The notes below the pieces were generated by a model. That model saw only the letters and a program-made list of their open reading frames with translations, ran no database searches and had not been told where the DNA came from. 64,000 nucleotides of DNA from Acidobacteriota bacterium (lineage in GTDB: Bacteria > Acidobacteriota > UBA6911): the NCBI GenBank assembly GCA_963664705.1, contig OY761556.1, positions 2,720,001 through 2,784,000 of the forward strand, read 5' to 3'. Positions 52,369 to 61,594 of this stretch are shown here, in pieces. How positions within the stretch are numbered: the first letter of the stretch is position 1; every line of letters begins with the position of its first letter. The position numbers and the translations under genes were made by a program.

Positions 52369-52551
52369 GAACAGGAGATCGAGTTCCAGGCTTCGAAAGG
52401 AGAAACCTCGACCTGGCTATGTTGGTATGGGAAACCAGAATCCACGGAAGTAGAGTGAGGCCGCTCCCGATGAATCAGTTGTCATGCGTGCTTATCGACC
52501 CGCGAATATCAGATTGATTATCGTCGCTGTTGCCAACTCGATCCCCTGTTC
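52369..52551 (+). ncRNA. Predicted bridge/seek RNA of the IS
   Basis: Closing stem 52369-52385/52535-52551 (16/17), two internal loops with segments matching the target and the circle junction. Confidence 0.75.
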
Positions 52552-52642
52552 TTTTTACTGGCTGATTTATTTATGAACCGAAGAAAACCAAAATGAACGA
52601 ACAAGGAACGGATTGATTGTACTTGACCGATCACTCCATATC

Positions 52643-52781
52643 AGCCAGGGGTGAGCGCAGCGAACCCCTGGCTTGGAATAGCCCTAAACCAATCCCGGAG
52701 GGCCCTCCGGGGCTGATATGATTGCGATTCCGGGTTCCTTGGGCAAATGGTATGCGGCATTAGCCGGGTGGCCGCGGTCCC
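52643..52781. repeat. REP family B hairpin (IS target) plus repeated tail
   Basis: AGCCAGGGG-TGAGCGCAGCGAA-CCCCTGGCT, then GCCCTCCGGGGC and the tail. Confidence 0.8.
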
Positions 52782-52784
52782 GTT

Positions 52785-53018
52785 TCATTGAGCCGCATAT
52801 TTTTCATCGGCATAAAATTCCAGATATCCGCAGCCCTTGCATCGATAGGTGGCAATAGGAATGCCACCGCCCATCGGCACCTTCGTGTACCAAAAAACGG
52901 ATGTCTGGGGATGGCCTTCGACCCACGACGCCACATACTTCGCACCTTCGGTATAGTCGGGAATAAACCCCTGGATCATCTGTCCCTGGCATTTGGGGCA
53001 TGGAATGGCTGAACTCAT
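52785..53018 (-). CDS. Small zinc-ribbon protein (DUF6487-like)
   Basis: CPKC..M..GF...W.EG.P...YRC..CGYLE.YA; AGGAG RBS. Confidence 0.85.
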   Translation of the reverse strand: MSSAIPCPKCQGQMIQGFIPDYTEGAKYVASWVEGHPQTSVFWYTKVPMGGGIPIATYRCKGCGYLEFYADEKYAAQ

Positions 53019-53081
53019 TCTGTCTCCTGCTCTTGTTTTCGCGTAAAATGCGCTCATTGGACCTACAGGGAGAATACGCGC

Positions 53082-53588
53082 ATGCCACATCGGTGGTTCT
53101 CTGGAATCGGAGCGTTGCTGCTGCTTTTTGCTTCCGCCTTGGCGCAGGCCCAGGATCCGTTTGCCGGTACGTGGAAGCTGAACCTTGCAAAGTCTCGCTA
53201 CAATCCGCCCGGTTCAGCACCCCGAAGCGGAACAATCAAGACCGACGCAACAAAAACCGGTTATAGAAGCATAGGAGATGGAATCGATTCGGAAGGAAAG
53301 AGAACCCATTGGGAAAGCTCTCCAATCCTGGACGGCAAGGCTCATGCCGTTGCGGGAAATCCGGAGAATGGCATGTATGTGGCGGTAAAAGTTAATCTAC
53401 ACACGATCACCGGCACGGTTACGAAAAAAGGAATAGCGATCAGTTCGGAGCGCTCTGTAGTTTCGGATGATGGTCAGACCCTCACCGTTACTTCAAAGCA
53501 AAGGAACTCTCAGGGAATGGAAACAACCAACATCGCTGTTTTCGACAGGCACCGAAGCACGCCGACCGGCTCACCAGAGCTCCGGTAA
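53082..53588 (+). CDS. Secreted lipocalin-like hypothetical protein
   Basis: Signal peptide, QDPFAGTWKLNLAKS, VSDDGQTLT. Confidence 0.8.
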   Translation: MPHRWFSGIGALLLLFASALAQAQDPFAGTWKLNLAKSRYNPPGSAPRSGTIKTDATKTGYRSIGDGIDSEGKRTHWESSPILDGKAHAVAGNPENGMYVAVKVNLHTITGTVTKKGIAISSERSVVSDDGQTLTVTSKQRNSQGMETTNIAVFDRHRSTPTGSPELR

Positions 53589-53591
53589 CGG

Positions 53592-53619
53592 CAAGGGCCG
53601 CTCGGGGGAGCGGCCCTTG
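53592..53619. terminator. Bidirectional terminator hairpin
   Basis: CAAGGGCCGCTC / GAGCGGCCCTTG between convergent genes. Confidence 0.7.
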
Positions 53620-53653
53620 TATAGAACCCAACATCCAAGGCAGGGAAAGGTTG

Positions 53654-54265
53654 CTACTTCCTTTTCCTCCGGGAAACCAAGCCTACGACTCCAAGCCCGG
53701 TCGCCAGCAGGAGGATGGAAGTAGGCTCAGGAACCGCCCCGCTTCCGCCCGCATTAAAGCTGAAATTATCCCAACCCAATCCGCCCGGATCCACGATTCC
53801 ATAAATCCGGATCGAGGTAACATTTGAGTAGGCGGTCAGATCAACCAGATCAGGAACATTGAAATTGTCGTAGCTCATGATATCGACAGTTGCCGAGAGA
53901 CTACCATTTTCAAATACATCCACCTTTGCGCCGACGCCCGAAAAATTATCCCCGACTTGATAAAAGCTCAGCCCATTGACCGGGCTCGAAAAGGTCAGGA
54001 TAGTCTCCCCGGCGCAGTTTAGACCGGCTCCCACAGCGGCGGTGCAGAGAAAATTGTTGCCAAAACCAATACCGGCCTGAGTTGTAACAACATTCTGATT
54101 GCCGCCGACGCTCGAAAAAACAACACCAGCATATTGATTGGTAACCGCCGGGCCAGCGACGCCAACATTTCCAAACTCCTCAAAACCGATGGTTGCGGCG
54201 TTGGCTACGCCCAACATACCTGCAATCATCAAGCACATCCAAACGACTGATAGCTTCCTTGCCAT
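53654..54265 (-). CDS. PEP-CTERM sorting-domain protein
   Basis: Signal peptide ending ANA; C-terminal VPEP + TM + RRKRK. Confidence 0.95.
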   Translation of the reverse strand: MARKLSVVWMCLMIAGMLGVANAATIGFEEFGNVGVAGPAVTNQYAGVVFSSVGGNQNVVTTQAGIGFGNNFLCTAAVGAGLNCAGETILTFSSPVNGLSFYQVGDNFSGVGAKVDVFENGSLSATVDIMSYDNFNVPDLVDLTAYSNVTSIRIYGIVDPGGLGWDNFSFNAGGSGAVPEPTSILLLATGLGVVGLVSRRKRK

Positions 54266-54297
54266 ATCCTTGCTCCCTTAGCGTTTACAAGGATTAA

Positions 54298-54313
54298 TGC
54301 AATAACTATTCCT
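54298..54313 (-). promoter_or_regulatory. Sigma-54 (-24/-12) promoter of the PEP-CTERM gene
   Basis: Minus strand AGGAATAGTTATTGCA = GG-N10-GC with TTGCA. Confidence 0.7.
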
Positions 54314-54412
54314 TGTCAGTAACCCTCGAACAAATTTCGCCACATACTTAATAAATACAATTACTTACATTACTTTATTCGGCAGAAAGGATCTGCGGAA
54401 AGGCATTGGATG

Positions 54413-54430
54413 TGTAAACGCGGATTTACA
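54413..54430. promoter_or_regulatory. Enhancer-binding-protein site TGTAAA-N6-TTTACA
   Basis: Palindrome about 100 bp upstream of the sigma-54 promoter. Confidence 0.65.
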
Positions 54431-54621
54431 AGCCCCTTGTTGGCAGAACAAGGAGAAGCAACATATCTCATTACGGTTTAGGTATTTACCGTCCATTGAC
54501 CCAGGCCAGAAAGCTGTAAGCTTTTCCGACGCTTTATGAGGCTGGGAGGCCCCACCGATGCAAAGCCGCGATCGCCTATTTAGGTGGATTCCTTACAATA
54601 GATGAATTTTCGGATGAGCTT

Positions 54622-56052
54622 TTACCGGCGAGACGCCCGGTGCTCCCAATTGACACTCCCGTTAAGCCTGAATGCAGCGATACGCGACTCGAGGAATGAC
54701 CGAATTCCCGACCCCAGTCCGAGGCATTGGCTGAAATCCATTTCTGATTCGCGATTCTTTCCCTGCAGTAGGAATGCTCTTCCCCGCTCGAGATAGGCCA
54801 GGGCATCCCGCGGATGCTCTCGGATGGCCTGGTCGAAATCGGAAATGGCGCCATCCAGATCTCCCTGGGAAACCAATATTCGGCCTCTGTTGTAGCGCGC
54901 TTCGGCATACTCCGAACGAATCGAAAGTGCCCGGGAAAAATGGCGCAATGCAAGATCCGGGTCTCCCTTGGCCTCAGCAACCAGGCCACGGTTATTCAAA
55001 GCCTCCGCACTATTCGGATTCATTTCAATGGCGGATTCGAAATCAGACGCAGCACCATCCAGATCCCGTTGGGCATACAGGACAGTTCCCCGACTCATGT
55101 ACGCCTTGAACATCCGCGGATCCAGATCAATGGCCTTGGAAAAATCCCCGTAGGCACCAACATCATCCCCGGCGGACCTCCGCGCCATTCCACGATGGAA
55201 ATAGTTCTCCGCGACATGCGGGGCAATCTCAATGGCCCGGTTGAAATCGGAAAGCGCCTTTTCATTATCTCCAGTTCCCAGGTAAAGCGTCCCACGGTTG
55301 ATATAGACCTCGGCAACGCCTGGGTTTATCCGGATGGATTCATAAAAATCGGCCAGAGCCCCTTCCCGGTTTCCTTTCGCCTTACGAACAAGTCCGCGAG
55401 CATTGTAGGCCGCAGCCTTGTTCGGATTGTCCACCGAGAGCGCTATCTGGCTTGCAAGAAACTGCGGAAACAGCGGAATCGCTCGGTCAAAATCCGCAAG
55501 CGCTTTGTCCAGTTCTCCCTGGGCATTCCTGGCGCAGCCACGGTTATAATACGCCTCGGCCAGATGCGGACTGACTTTGATGGCCTTGTCGAAATCAGCC
55601 AGGGCTCCCGCCACATCCTTTTTCCTGAACTTGACGATGCCCCGGTTGGAATATGCCACGCCCAGGCGAGGGCTGATCTGAATCGCCCGGTTGTAATCGG
55701 CAACGGCATCGTCAAGCCGATCGGCAAGTTCCCAGGCACGACCACGGTTCACATACGCCTCCGCCAACCGCCCGTTCGCTCCGATCGCTTTTGTGTAAAG
55801 ATCGATCGCATCCGCAAGATGCCCTTCCATCTGCAACAGGTTCGCCCGTCGCAACAGCGCATCGGTCGCGATGTGGATATTCTGAGCAAGAGATGCTGTG
55901 CCTATTGATGCCAATAACACCAGAGTGAGAAGGATTCTCCCTCGCCCCCGAGACAAAACGGTATCGGGCAAAAAGGCATCACTCATCGACAAAAATGGAA
56001 TCGATAGTTTTTTCATAAGCTTCTCAATACGCGAGCAAATAGTGATTTTCAT
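54622..56052 (-). CDS. Tetratricopeptide-repeat protein
   Basis: About 11 34-aa repeats AY.NRG...A.ADF..AI...P; hydrophobic N-terminal segment; start codon uncertain. Confidence 0.92.
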   Translation of the reverse strand: MKITICSRIEKLMKKLSIPFLSMSDAFLPDTVLSRGRGRILLTLVLLASIGTASLAQNIHIATDALLRRANLLQMEGHLADAIDLYTKAIGANGRLAEAYVNRGRAWELADRLDDAVADYNRAIQISPRLGVAYSNRGIVKFRKKDVAGALADFDKAIKVSPHLAEAYYNRGCARNAQGELDKALADFDRAIPLFPQFLASQIALSVDNPNKAAAYNARGLVRKAKGNREGALADFYESIRINPGVAEVYINRGTLYLGTGDNEKALSDFNRAIEIAPHVAENYFHRGMARRSAGDDVGAYGDFSKAIDLDPRMFKAYMSRGTVLYAQRDLDGAASDFESAIEMNPNSAEALNNRGLVAEAKGDPDLALRHFSRALSIRSEYAEARYNRGRILVSQGDLDGAISDFDQAIREHPRDALAYLERGRAFLLQGKNRESEMDFSQCLGLGSGIRSFLESRIAAFRLNGSVNWEHRASRR

Positions 56053-56547
56053 GAAAACCAGCGGGCAGAATCTCGGTTGCAGCGCAGAGAAGTAACCAAT
56101 CCGCAGGAGGAATTTCAGGATGTTATGCTGTGTTCATGAAGCGCAAGTCAATACTACCGGGTACGCGATGGAGGGATCAAGCTAAATCCCGCGTCCATAT
56201 TGATCATGAAACCCGCCTAATACTGCGAATTATAGGACTTGCAAACGTGCAGGACTGCGGCGCCACTGCCCTTTGTCACAGCATCATCCGGAGATTGATT
56301 GTTCGGAAATGAAAGAGGGGTAGGAACCGGAAGCGGTTACCTACCCCAAATTCGAAGGGACACAGCCCGATATACGAAGCCGGTATCAAAATAGTTCCGC
56401 AAAAAAGAAAAGAGGGAGCAGAAACCCCTCTCCGCTCCCTCCCCTTTTCAGGAAGTGTGTTCTACAATCTCATGGTTTTATACGCGCAGAGCCGCGATAA
56501 TGTTTCACCGAACAAAGTCCTGAACGCGGATCCTTCGACTTTTGTTT

Positions 56548-56805
56548 TCAGTGAATGGTTCGAACCATCGCATATCCCCGCGCGCTCCTCCTGCGCATCC
56601 CACGCGGCACAGGTTTCATCAGCGGCTGAATCGTCCATCCTTCTTCCTTCAATTCCGCGAGAGCCATTTTTCGGGTGGCCCAGCTTCGGGCCGGATACTT
56701 GACATTTCCATCCAGCAAAAGCCACTTTTCTCCAAAGCGGTCCAGCCATGCAAACTGCCGCCAGATTTCTCCAACCACCCCTGCCATATCCAGATTGCGC
56801 GACAT
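56548..56805 (-). CDS. Small hypothetical protein
   Basis: Protein-like composition (Trp-rich, ALAELKEEGW); hairpins downstream at 56317-56347 and ~56408-56448. Confidence 0.45.
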   Translation of the reverse strand: MSRNLDMAGVVGEIWRQFAWLDRFGEKWLLLDGNVKYPARSWATRKMALAELKEEGWTIQPLMKPVPRGMRRRSARGYAMVRTIH

Positions 56806-56948
56806 AATTATTATTCCGATTCTTTCTGACTCCCCGGGAATTTCACAACTTCTGTGGAAAACCCTGTGGATCCCCGGGATTTTCTCAATCTATTCTTCTG
56901 AAGAAAAAGCATTTCGAGCGAATTGCTGAAAAAGAGTGCACATTCGGA

Positions 56949-57620
56949 TTATCCAAGCGTTCTGAAATCCCCCAGCGTCACTGTCGTCCCGGGTCCGGCA
57001 ATAACGAAGTCCTGGTCCCACGGTCCCCAGACCAGCTTTCGAACCAGTGCGTTGTCTCCATCGATTTCCTCGAACCGCAGGTCAAGCCGCCGGGCAATTT
57101 CCCTGCTGCGGATCCGGTATCGATCCTGTTCGTAATTCCCTGTGTTGATAAACGCAAGCCGCGTATACCCTCCCAGCATTTTGCGAAAGAGAAATGCAGC
57201 CTTTTCTTCTCCATACCTTTTGGCCATCAGGCTCCGCTGCTCGTCCAGCGGTGTCCCCGATTCAATCCAGCCCTTGGTCAGATACAGTGTACCCGGCTCG
57301 CTACGCTGTTGATGGGCATATTTGTCCGCGGATCCGAGAAAAATAGTTATGCAATCATCGGCCCGGGGAATCACTATGGTTCGACTGCCGGAAACCAAAC
57401 CGACGGCCGCCTTTGCGCAGAGCCCAAAACCAAGCAGTATGGTATGGATACTCGACGGAGCTGCATCGATAGAAGCCTGCAGCGCTGCCCTCAATTTGTC
57501 GGGATTGGAATGCAATCCGAAATCGAGCACTTCGTACGTCAACGACGAGGGCATCAGCGGCAGGATTTCCTCAATGACCGTGGCGCAAGCAACCAGCCGG
57601 CAAGATTCCACATCAAGCAT
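56949..57620 (-). CDS. DUF1638-like protein
   Basis: VAC..., GLHSNPDKL, GFGLC, PRADDCITIFLGS, YLTKGW, FINTG. Confidence 0.85.
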   Translation of the reverse strand: MLDVESCRLVACATVIEEILPLMPSSLTYEVLDFGLHSNPDKLRAALQASIDAAPSSIHTILLGFGLCAKAAVGLVSGSRTIVIPRADDCITIFLGSADKYAHQQRSEPGTLYLTKGWIESGTPLDEQRSLMAKRYGEEKAAFLFRKMLGGYTRLAFINTGNYEQDRYRIRSREIARRLDLRFEEIDGDNALVRKLVWGPWDQDFVIAGPGTTVTLGDFRTLG

Positions 57621-57841
57621 AGCGGGTGAATTATACATCAGCATTTCAAAAGCCAAAGAGCAACCATCCCGCGTTTTTTGCCAAGCCCGCAAAATCCTCA
57701 GCCTGAATATCGTATACTTTAGTTTCTTCCCAAATCGTGTCTATTCGATTGCGGTCCGCGCCAAGCCCGCCTAATATCTTAATAATGATATTTCCTTTTC
57801 TAAGACGCCGACGCTAAGACCCCGATAAGGAGAATGGGAGG

Positions 57842-60800
57842 TTGGGCACGATGCCTGGGGATATTGAAGCTCTGAAACAAAACGCCTCGAAGATTCCACC
57901 GGAAGAAACGGAGTCTTCTATGCAGGCATCCGAAGGCACAGGCGAATCAGCCGACACACTTTCCTCCAGCATTGCCTATCGAATGGTCATGGATCAGGCT
58001 GGAAATGGCCATTTCACCTACTTGAGCCCGGGCTTAGCACTTGCCCACGGCATCACTCCAGAACAGGCTTATCAGGACTCCATGCTGCTGTGCCGGCAGA
58101 TTCACAGTGATGATTTTGCCAACCTGGTTAAGGCAGCGACCGAATCGCTCAAGACCGGCGCGCCTGTAAAGGTGGAGATTCGCTTCCGCAAACCATCGGG
58201 AGAACTTCGATGGGCGCTTCTGCATTGTGTCCCGAGGCGAGCACCCGACGGCAATACTATCTGGGACGGCGTTGAGATCGATATCACCGAGCGGCGCAGC
58301 GCGGAAGAAGCCCTTAAGGAAAGCGAGGAGAAATATCGCCTCCTAGTGGAAGCATCGCCGCATGCCATGTTCCTCCGGGACAAAAACGGCAGAATTTCGT
58401 ACATCAACCCGGCCGGGCTCAAAATACTGGGCGCGGCCAGTCCGGATCAGATCGTGGGTCGGTCCAGCCTGGAATTTGTGCATCCCGATTATCACGAGAT
58501 TGTTCTGGAGCGCGTTCAGCGGGTGCAGCAACACGGAGAAACGGCGCCGCTGCTGGAAGAAAAGTTCCTCCGCCTGGATGGCAGCATCGTCGAAGTGGAA
58601 GTGACCTCCGTTCCCTTTTCCCAGGGCGGCGAACCGGGAATGCAGGTGCTTTTCCGCGACATTACCTTGCGGAAGACATCGGAAGAAGCGCTTCAATCCT
58701 CCAAAGCTTTCCTGGATGCGATCATTGAACACAGTCCCCATGCCCTGTGGGTTTCAGACAGCACCGGAACGATGCTTCGCATGAACCAGGCATGCCGGGA
58801 CATGCTGCAAATCGAGGATGCGAAGGCCGTTGGCCAATACAATATTCTGCGCGACAGCATCGTAGCGGAGATGGGATACCTGCCGCTGATACGACGCGTG
58901 TTCGACTGCGGTGAAAAAGTTCAGTTCAGCATCGAATATGACAGTCCGCAGCAACCTTCTTCCCCGGCTGAGCCAAAGACGCCCCTGGCGCTCCAGATCA
59001 CGATTTCACCCGTTCTCGACTCCCAGGGAAACGTAATCCACGCGGTGATCCAGACCGTGGATATTACCGACCGGAAAAAGTTCGAGACAGCCCTGAAGCG
59101 CCGCCAGGAACTCGGCCACCTCATCACCATCATTTCGTCGCGTTTCCTCCGACTGGAACCGGAGGAGATCAACGACGGCATCCATAGCTCGCTTCGCGAA
59201 ATCGGCGAGTTCATGGAAGCCGAACGAAGCTATCTCTTCTTTCTGAAAGAAGACAGGAGCCGTGCCGACCTGACCCACGAGTGGTGCGCAGATTCCATTG
59301 AATCCAATTGGGAAAAGCTACAGAATTTGGGCGTGGCAGAGCATGGCTTCTTTACCGAACCGCTTCTGCGCTCAGAAATCGTCCACTTTCCCCGCCTGGG
59401 GGATGTCCCTTTGCCTTCGCACTGGAGCGACGTCGCCCCAATACTGAAGGACATCAAATCGTTGCTTCTGGTTCCCATCGAGGTCGGCCGCACGGTTGTG
59501 GGGTGTCTGGGTTTCGACGCCGTGCACCAGGAAAAGATCTGGCCTAACGACATCATCGCCCTGCTTCGCGTTGTGGGAGAGGTGTTTACCAATGCGCTCG
59601 AGCGGAAACGCGCGGAAGAAGAACACCGAAGAAGCGAACATTTCCTCAGCCAGGTTGTGGAGAATGCTCCTTTCGGAGCGCACTTTTATCGGCTGGATAA
59701 TGACCATAGACTCATTTTCGTCAAAGCGAACAAGGCAGCGGAGAACATCCTGGGCATCCAGCACGATTCCCTTCAAGGCAAGACGATTACCGAAGCATTC
59801 CCGGGACTTGCCGGCACGGATGTCCCCGAAACTTATATACATATAGCCCGCTATGGAATTGACCGCGTTTACCGAGAGGTCGAATACAATGAAGGCAGAA
59901 TTCAGGGCGTCTTCGAGATCAGTGCATTCCCGACCCTGCCCGGCCATATGGCCGTATTCTTTGTCGATGTCACGGAGCGGAAGCGAACCGAACGGGCTTT
60001 CATCGAGGAAGCCACTCTCCGTCGAATTTTGTTTGAGCAGTCTCCGGACGGAATCGTAATCCTGGACCCCGACAGCACGCGCTTTTTGGATTTCAATACG
60101 GCGGCACATCGACAATTGGGCTATACGCGCGAGGAGTTCTCCAGGCTCAGCATCAAGGATGTGGATGCAGTCGAATCCCCACAGGAAACACGCGCCCGTA
60201 TTTCGCAGGTCCTCAGAGGAGGGGGGACGGACTTCGAAACACTCCAGCGCACGAAACAGGGAGAGATTCGCAATGTTCATGTGCGCGCCCATACGGTGGA
60301 GGCGCTCGGCCGGTCGTTTTATCAGTGCATCTGGCGGGATATCACGGACCGGAAGCGCGCCGAAGATGAAAGAAAACAGCTGCAGATCCAGCTCGCACAG
60401 GCGCAAAAAATGGAATCGGTCGGACGCCTGGCCGGAGGAGTCGCCCACGACTTCAATAATATGCTGGGTGTGATTATCGGACATGCGGAAATGACCCTGG
60501 ATCAATTCTCCGACGATGACCCCATGCGCGCGGATATCGAAGAGATTCGCAAGGCCGCACAACGATCCGCGGATCTCACGCGACAACTGCTTGCGTTTGC
60601 AAGAAAACAGGCGATCACGCCGAAAGTGGTTAATCTGAATGACGCCATCTCGGGCATGCTGAAGATGCTGCGGCGCCTGATCGGCGAGGATATCGAGCTC
60701 TCGTGGATTCCACAGACCAACCTCCATTCTGTCCGGATTGATCCAACCCAACTGGATCAACTCCTCGCCAATCTCTGCGTGAACGCTCGAGATGCCATTG

Positions 60801-61531
60801 CAGGTATCGGGCAGATAAAAATCCGCACTCAAAATATTATAATTACAGAAGACAATCGCCCCCGCGGTCTGGATATTGCCCCCGGCAGATATGTGCTGCT
60901 TGAACTAAGCGACAATGGTTGCGGAATGTCCGAGGAAGTCCTGTCCCATCTTTTCGAGCCCTTTTTCACGACAAAGGAAACCGGCCGGGGAACCGGACTT
61001 GGATTGGCAACCGTGTATGGTATCGTGACACAGAATGAAGGCGCGATACATGTTCAGAGCAGGCTTGAAGAAGGAACAGAATTTTTCATTTACCTCCCCT
61101 CGGTTGAAGTGGAGCATCCGATAAAAGTGAGCACTGAAAGAAGAAACGTTTGGCAAGGCATGGGAGAGACTGTGTTGCTGGTCGAGGATGAGCCGGCAAT
61201 TCTGAACCTGGGCAAAACCATGCTAAAAAAAATGGGACTCAATGTTCTTGCCGCCAGCGGCCCGGGAGAAGCCATCCAAATGGCGCAAGATCACATTGGA
61301 AAAATCGAACTGCTGATTTCCGACGTAATTATGCCGGAGATGAACGGACGGGATCTCGCGATCAAAGTGGCCGCCATTTTCCCGGATATCCAATGCCTCT
61401 TCATGTCCGGCTATACGGCTGACGTCATCGCGCACAGGGGGGTGCTGGATGAAGGAGTGAACTTCATTCAGAAGCCGTTCTCGCTGCAGGACCTCTCGGC
61501 AAAAGTGCGCGAGCTCCTGGAAAAGAGATGA
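57842..61531 (+). CDS. Hybrid sensor histidine kinase (multiple PAS, GAF, HisKA, HATPase, receiver)
   Basis: DITERK PAS ends, GRLAGGVAHDFNN, NARDA, FEPFFTTK, GTGLGL, LLVEDE, SDVIMP, QKPF. Confidence 0.95.
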   Translation: MGTMPGDIEALKQNASKIPPEETESSMQASEGTGESADTLSSSIAYRMVMDQAGNGHFTYLSPGLALAHGITPEQAYQDSMLLCRQIHSDDFANLVKAATESLKTGAPVKVEIRFRKPSGELRWALLHCVPRRAPDGNTIWDGVEIDITERRSAEEALKESEEKYRLLVEASPHAMFLRDKNGRISYINPAGLKILGAASPDQIVGRSSLEFVHPDYHEIVLERVQRVQQHGETAPLLEEKFLRLDGSIVEVEVTSVPFSQGGEPGMQVLFRDITLRKTSEEALQSSKAFLDAIIEHSPHALWVSDSTGTMLRMNQACRDMLQIEDAKAVGQYNILRDSIVAEMGYLPLIRRVFDCGEKVQFSIEYDSPQQPSSPAEPKTPLALQITISPVLDSQGNVIHAVIQTVDITDRKKFETALKRRQELGHLITIISSRFLRLEPEEINDGIHSSLREIGEFMEAERSYLFFLKEDRSRADLTHEWCADSIESNWEKLQNLGVAEHGFFTEPLLRSEIVHFPRLGDVPLPSHWSDVAPILKDIKSLLLVPIEVGRTVVGCLGFDAVHQEKIWPNDIIALLRVVGEVFTNALERKRAEEEHRRSEHFLSQVVENAPFGAHFYRLDNDHRLIFVKANKAAENILGIQHDSLQGKTITEAFPGLAGTDVPETYIHIARYGIDRVYREVEYNEGRIQGVFEISAFPTLPGHMAVFFVDVTERKRTERAFIEEATLRRILFEQSPDGIVILDPDSTRFLDFNTAAHRQLGYTREEFSRLSIKDVDAVESPQETRARISQVLRGGGTDFETLQRTKQGEIRNVHVRAHTVEALGRSFYQCIWRDITDRKRAEDERKQLQIQLAQAQKMESVGRLAGGVAHDFNNMLGVIIGHAEMTLDQFSDDDPMRADIEEIRKAAQRSADLTRQLLAFARKQAITPKVVNLNDAISGMLKMLRRLIGEDIELSWIPQTNLHSVRIDPTQLDQLLANLCVNARDAIAGIGQIKIRTQNIIITEDNRPRGLDIAPGRYVLLELSDNGCGMSEEVLSHLFEPFFTTKETGRGTGLGLATVYGIVTQNEGAIHVQSRLEEGTEFFIYLPSVEVEHPIKVSTERRNVWQGMGETVLLVEDEPAILNLGKTMLKKMGLNVLAASGPGEAIQMAQDHIGKIELLISDVIMPEMNGRDLAIKVAAIFPDIQCLFMSGYTADVIAHRGVLDEGVNFIQKPFSLQDLSAKVRELLEKR

Positions 61532-61594
61532 CCGGCAGGAGAGCGGCTACGTCACTGATGCTGATATCGCCGGGGCGGCAGCGCTCCCCCCAGC

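Larger units (their letters stand above)
51101..52642 (+). mobile_element. IS1111-group insertion sequence (IS110 family), apparently intact
   Basis: Perfect 15-bp subterminal IRs ATGGAGTGATCGGTC (51108-51122) and GACCGATCACTCCAT (52625-52639), 7 and 3 bp from the ends; AG core at both junctions; long 3' noncoding end. Confidence 0.9.

Noticed and set aside
45300-54300. Run of small unrelated genes with hairpins as an integron cassette array
   Set aside because: Mixed orientations, no integrase, and no consistent RYYYAAC...GTTRRRY attC ends.
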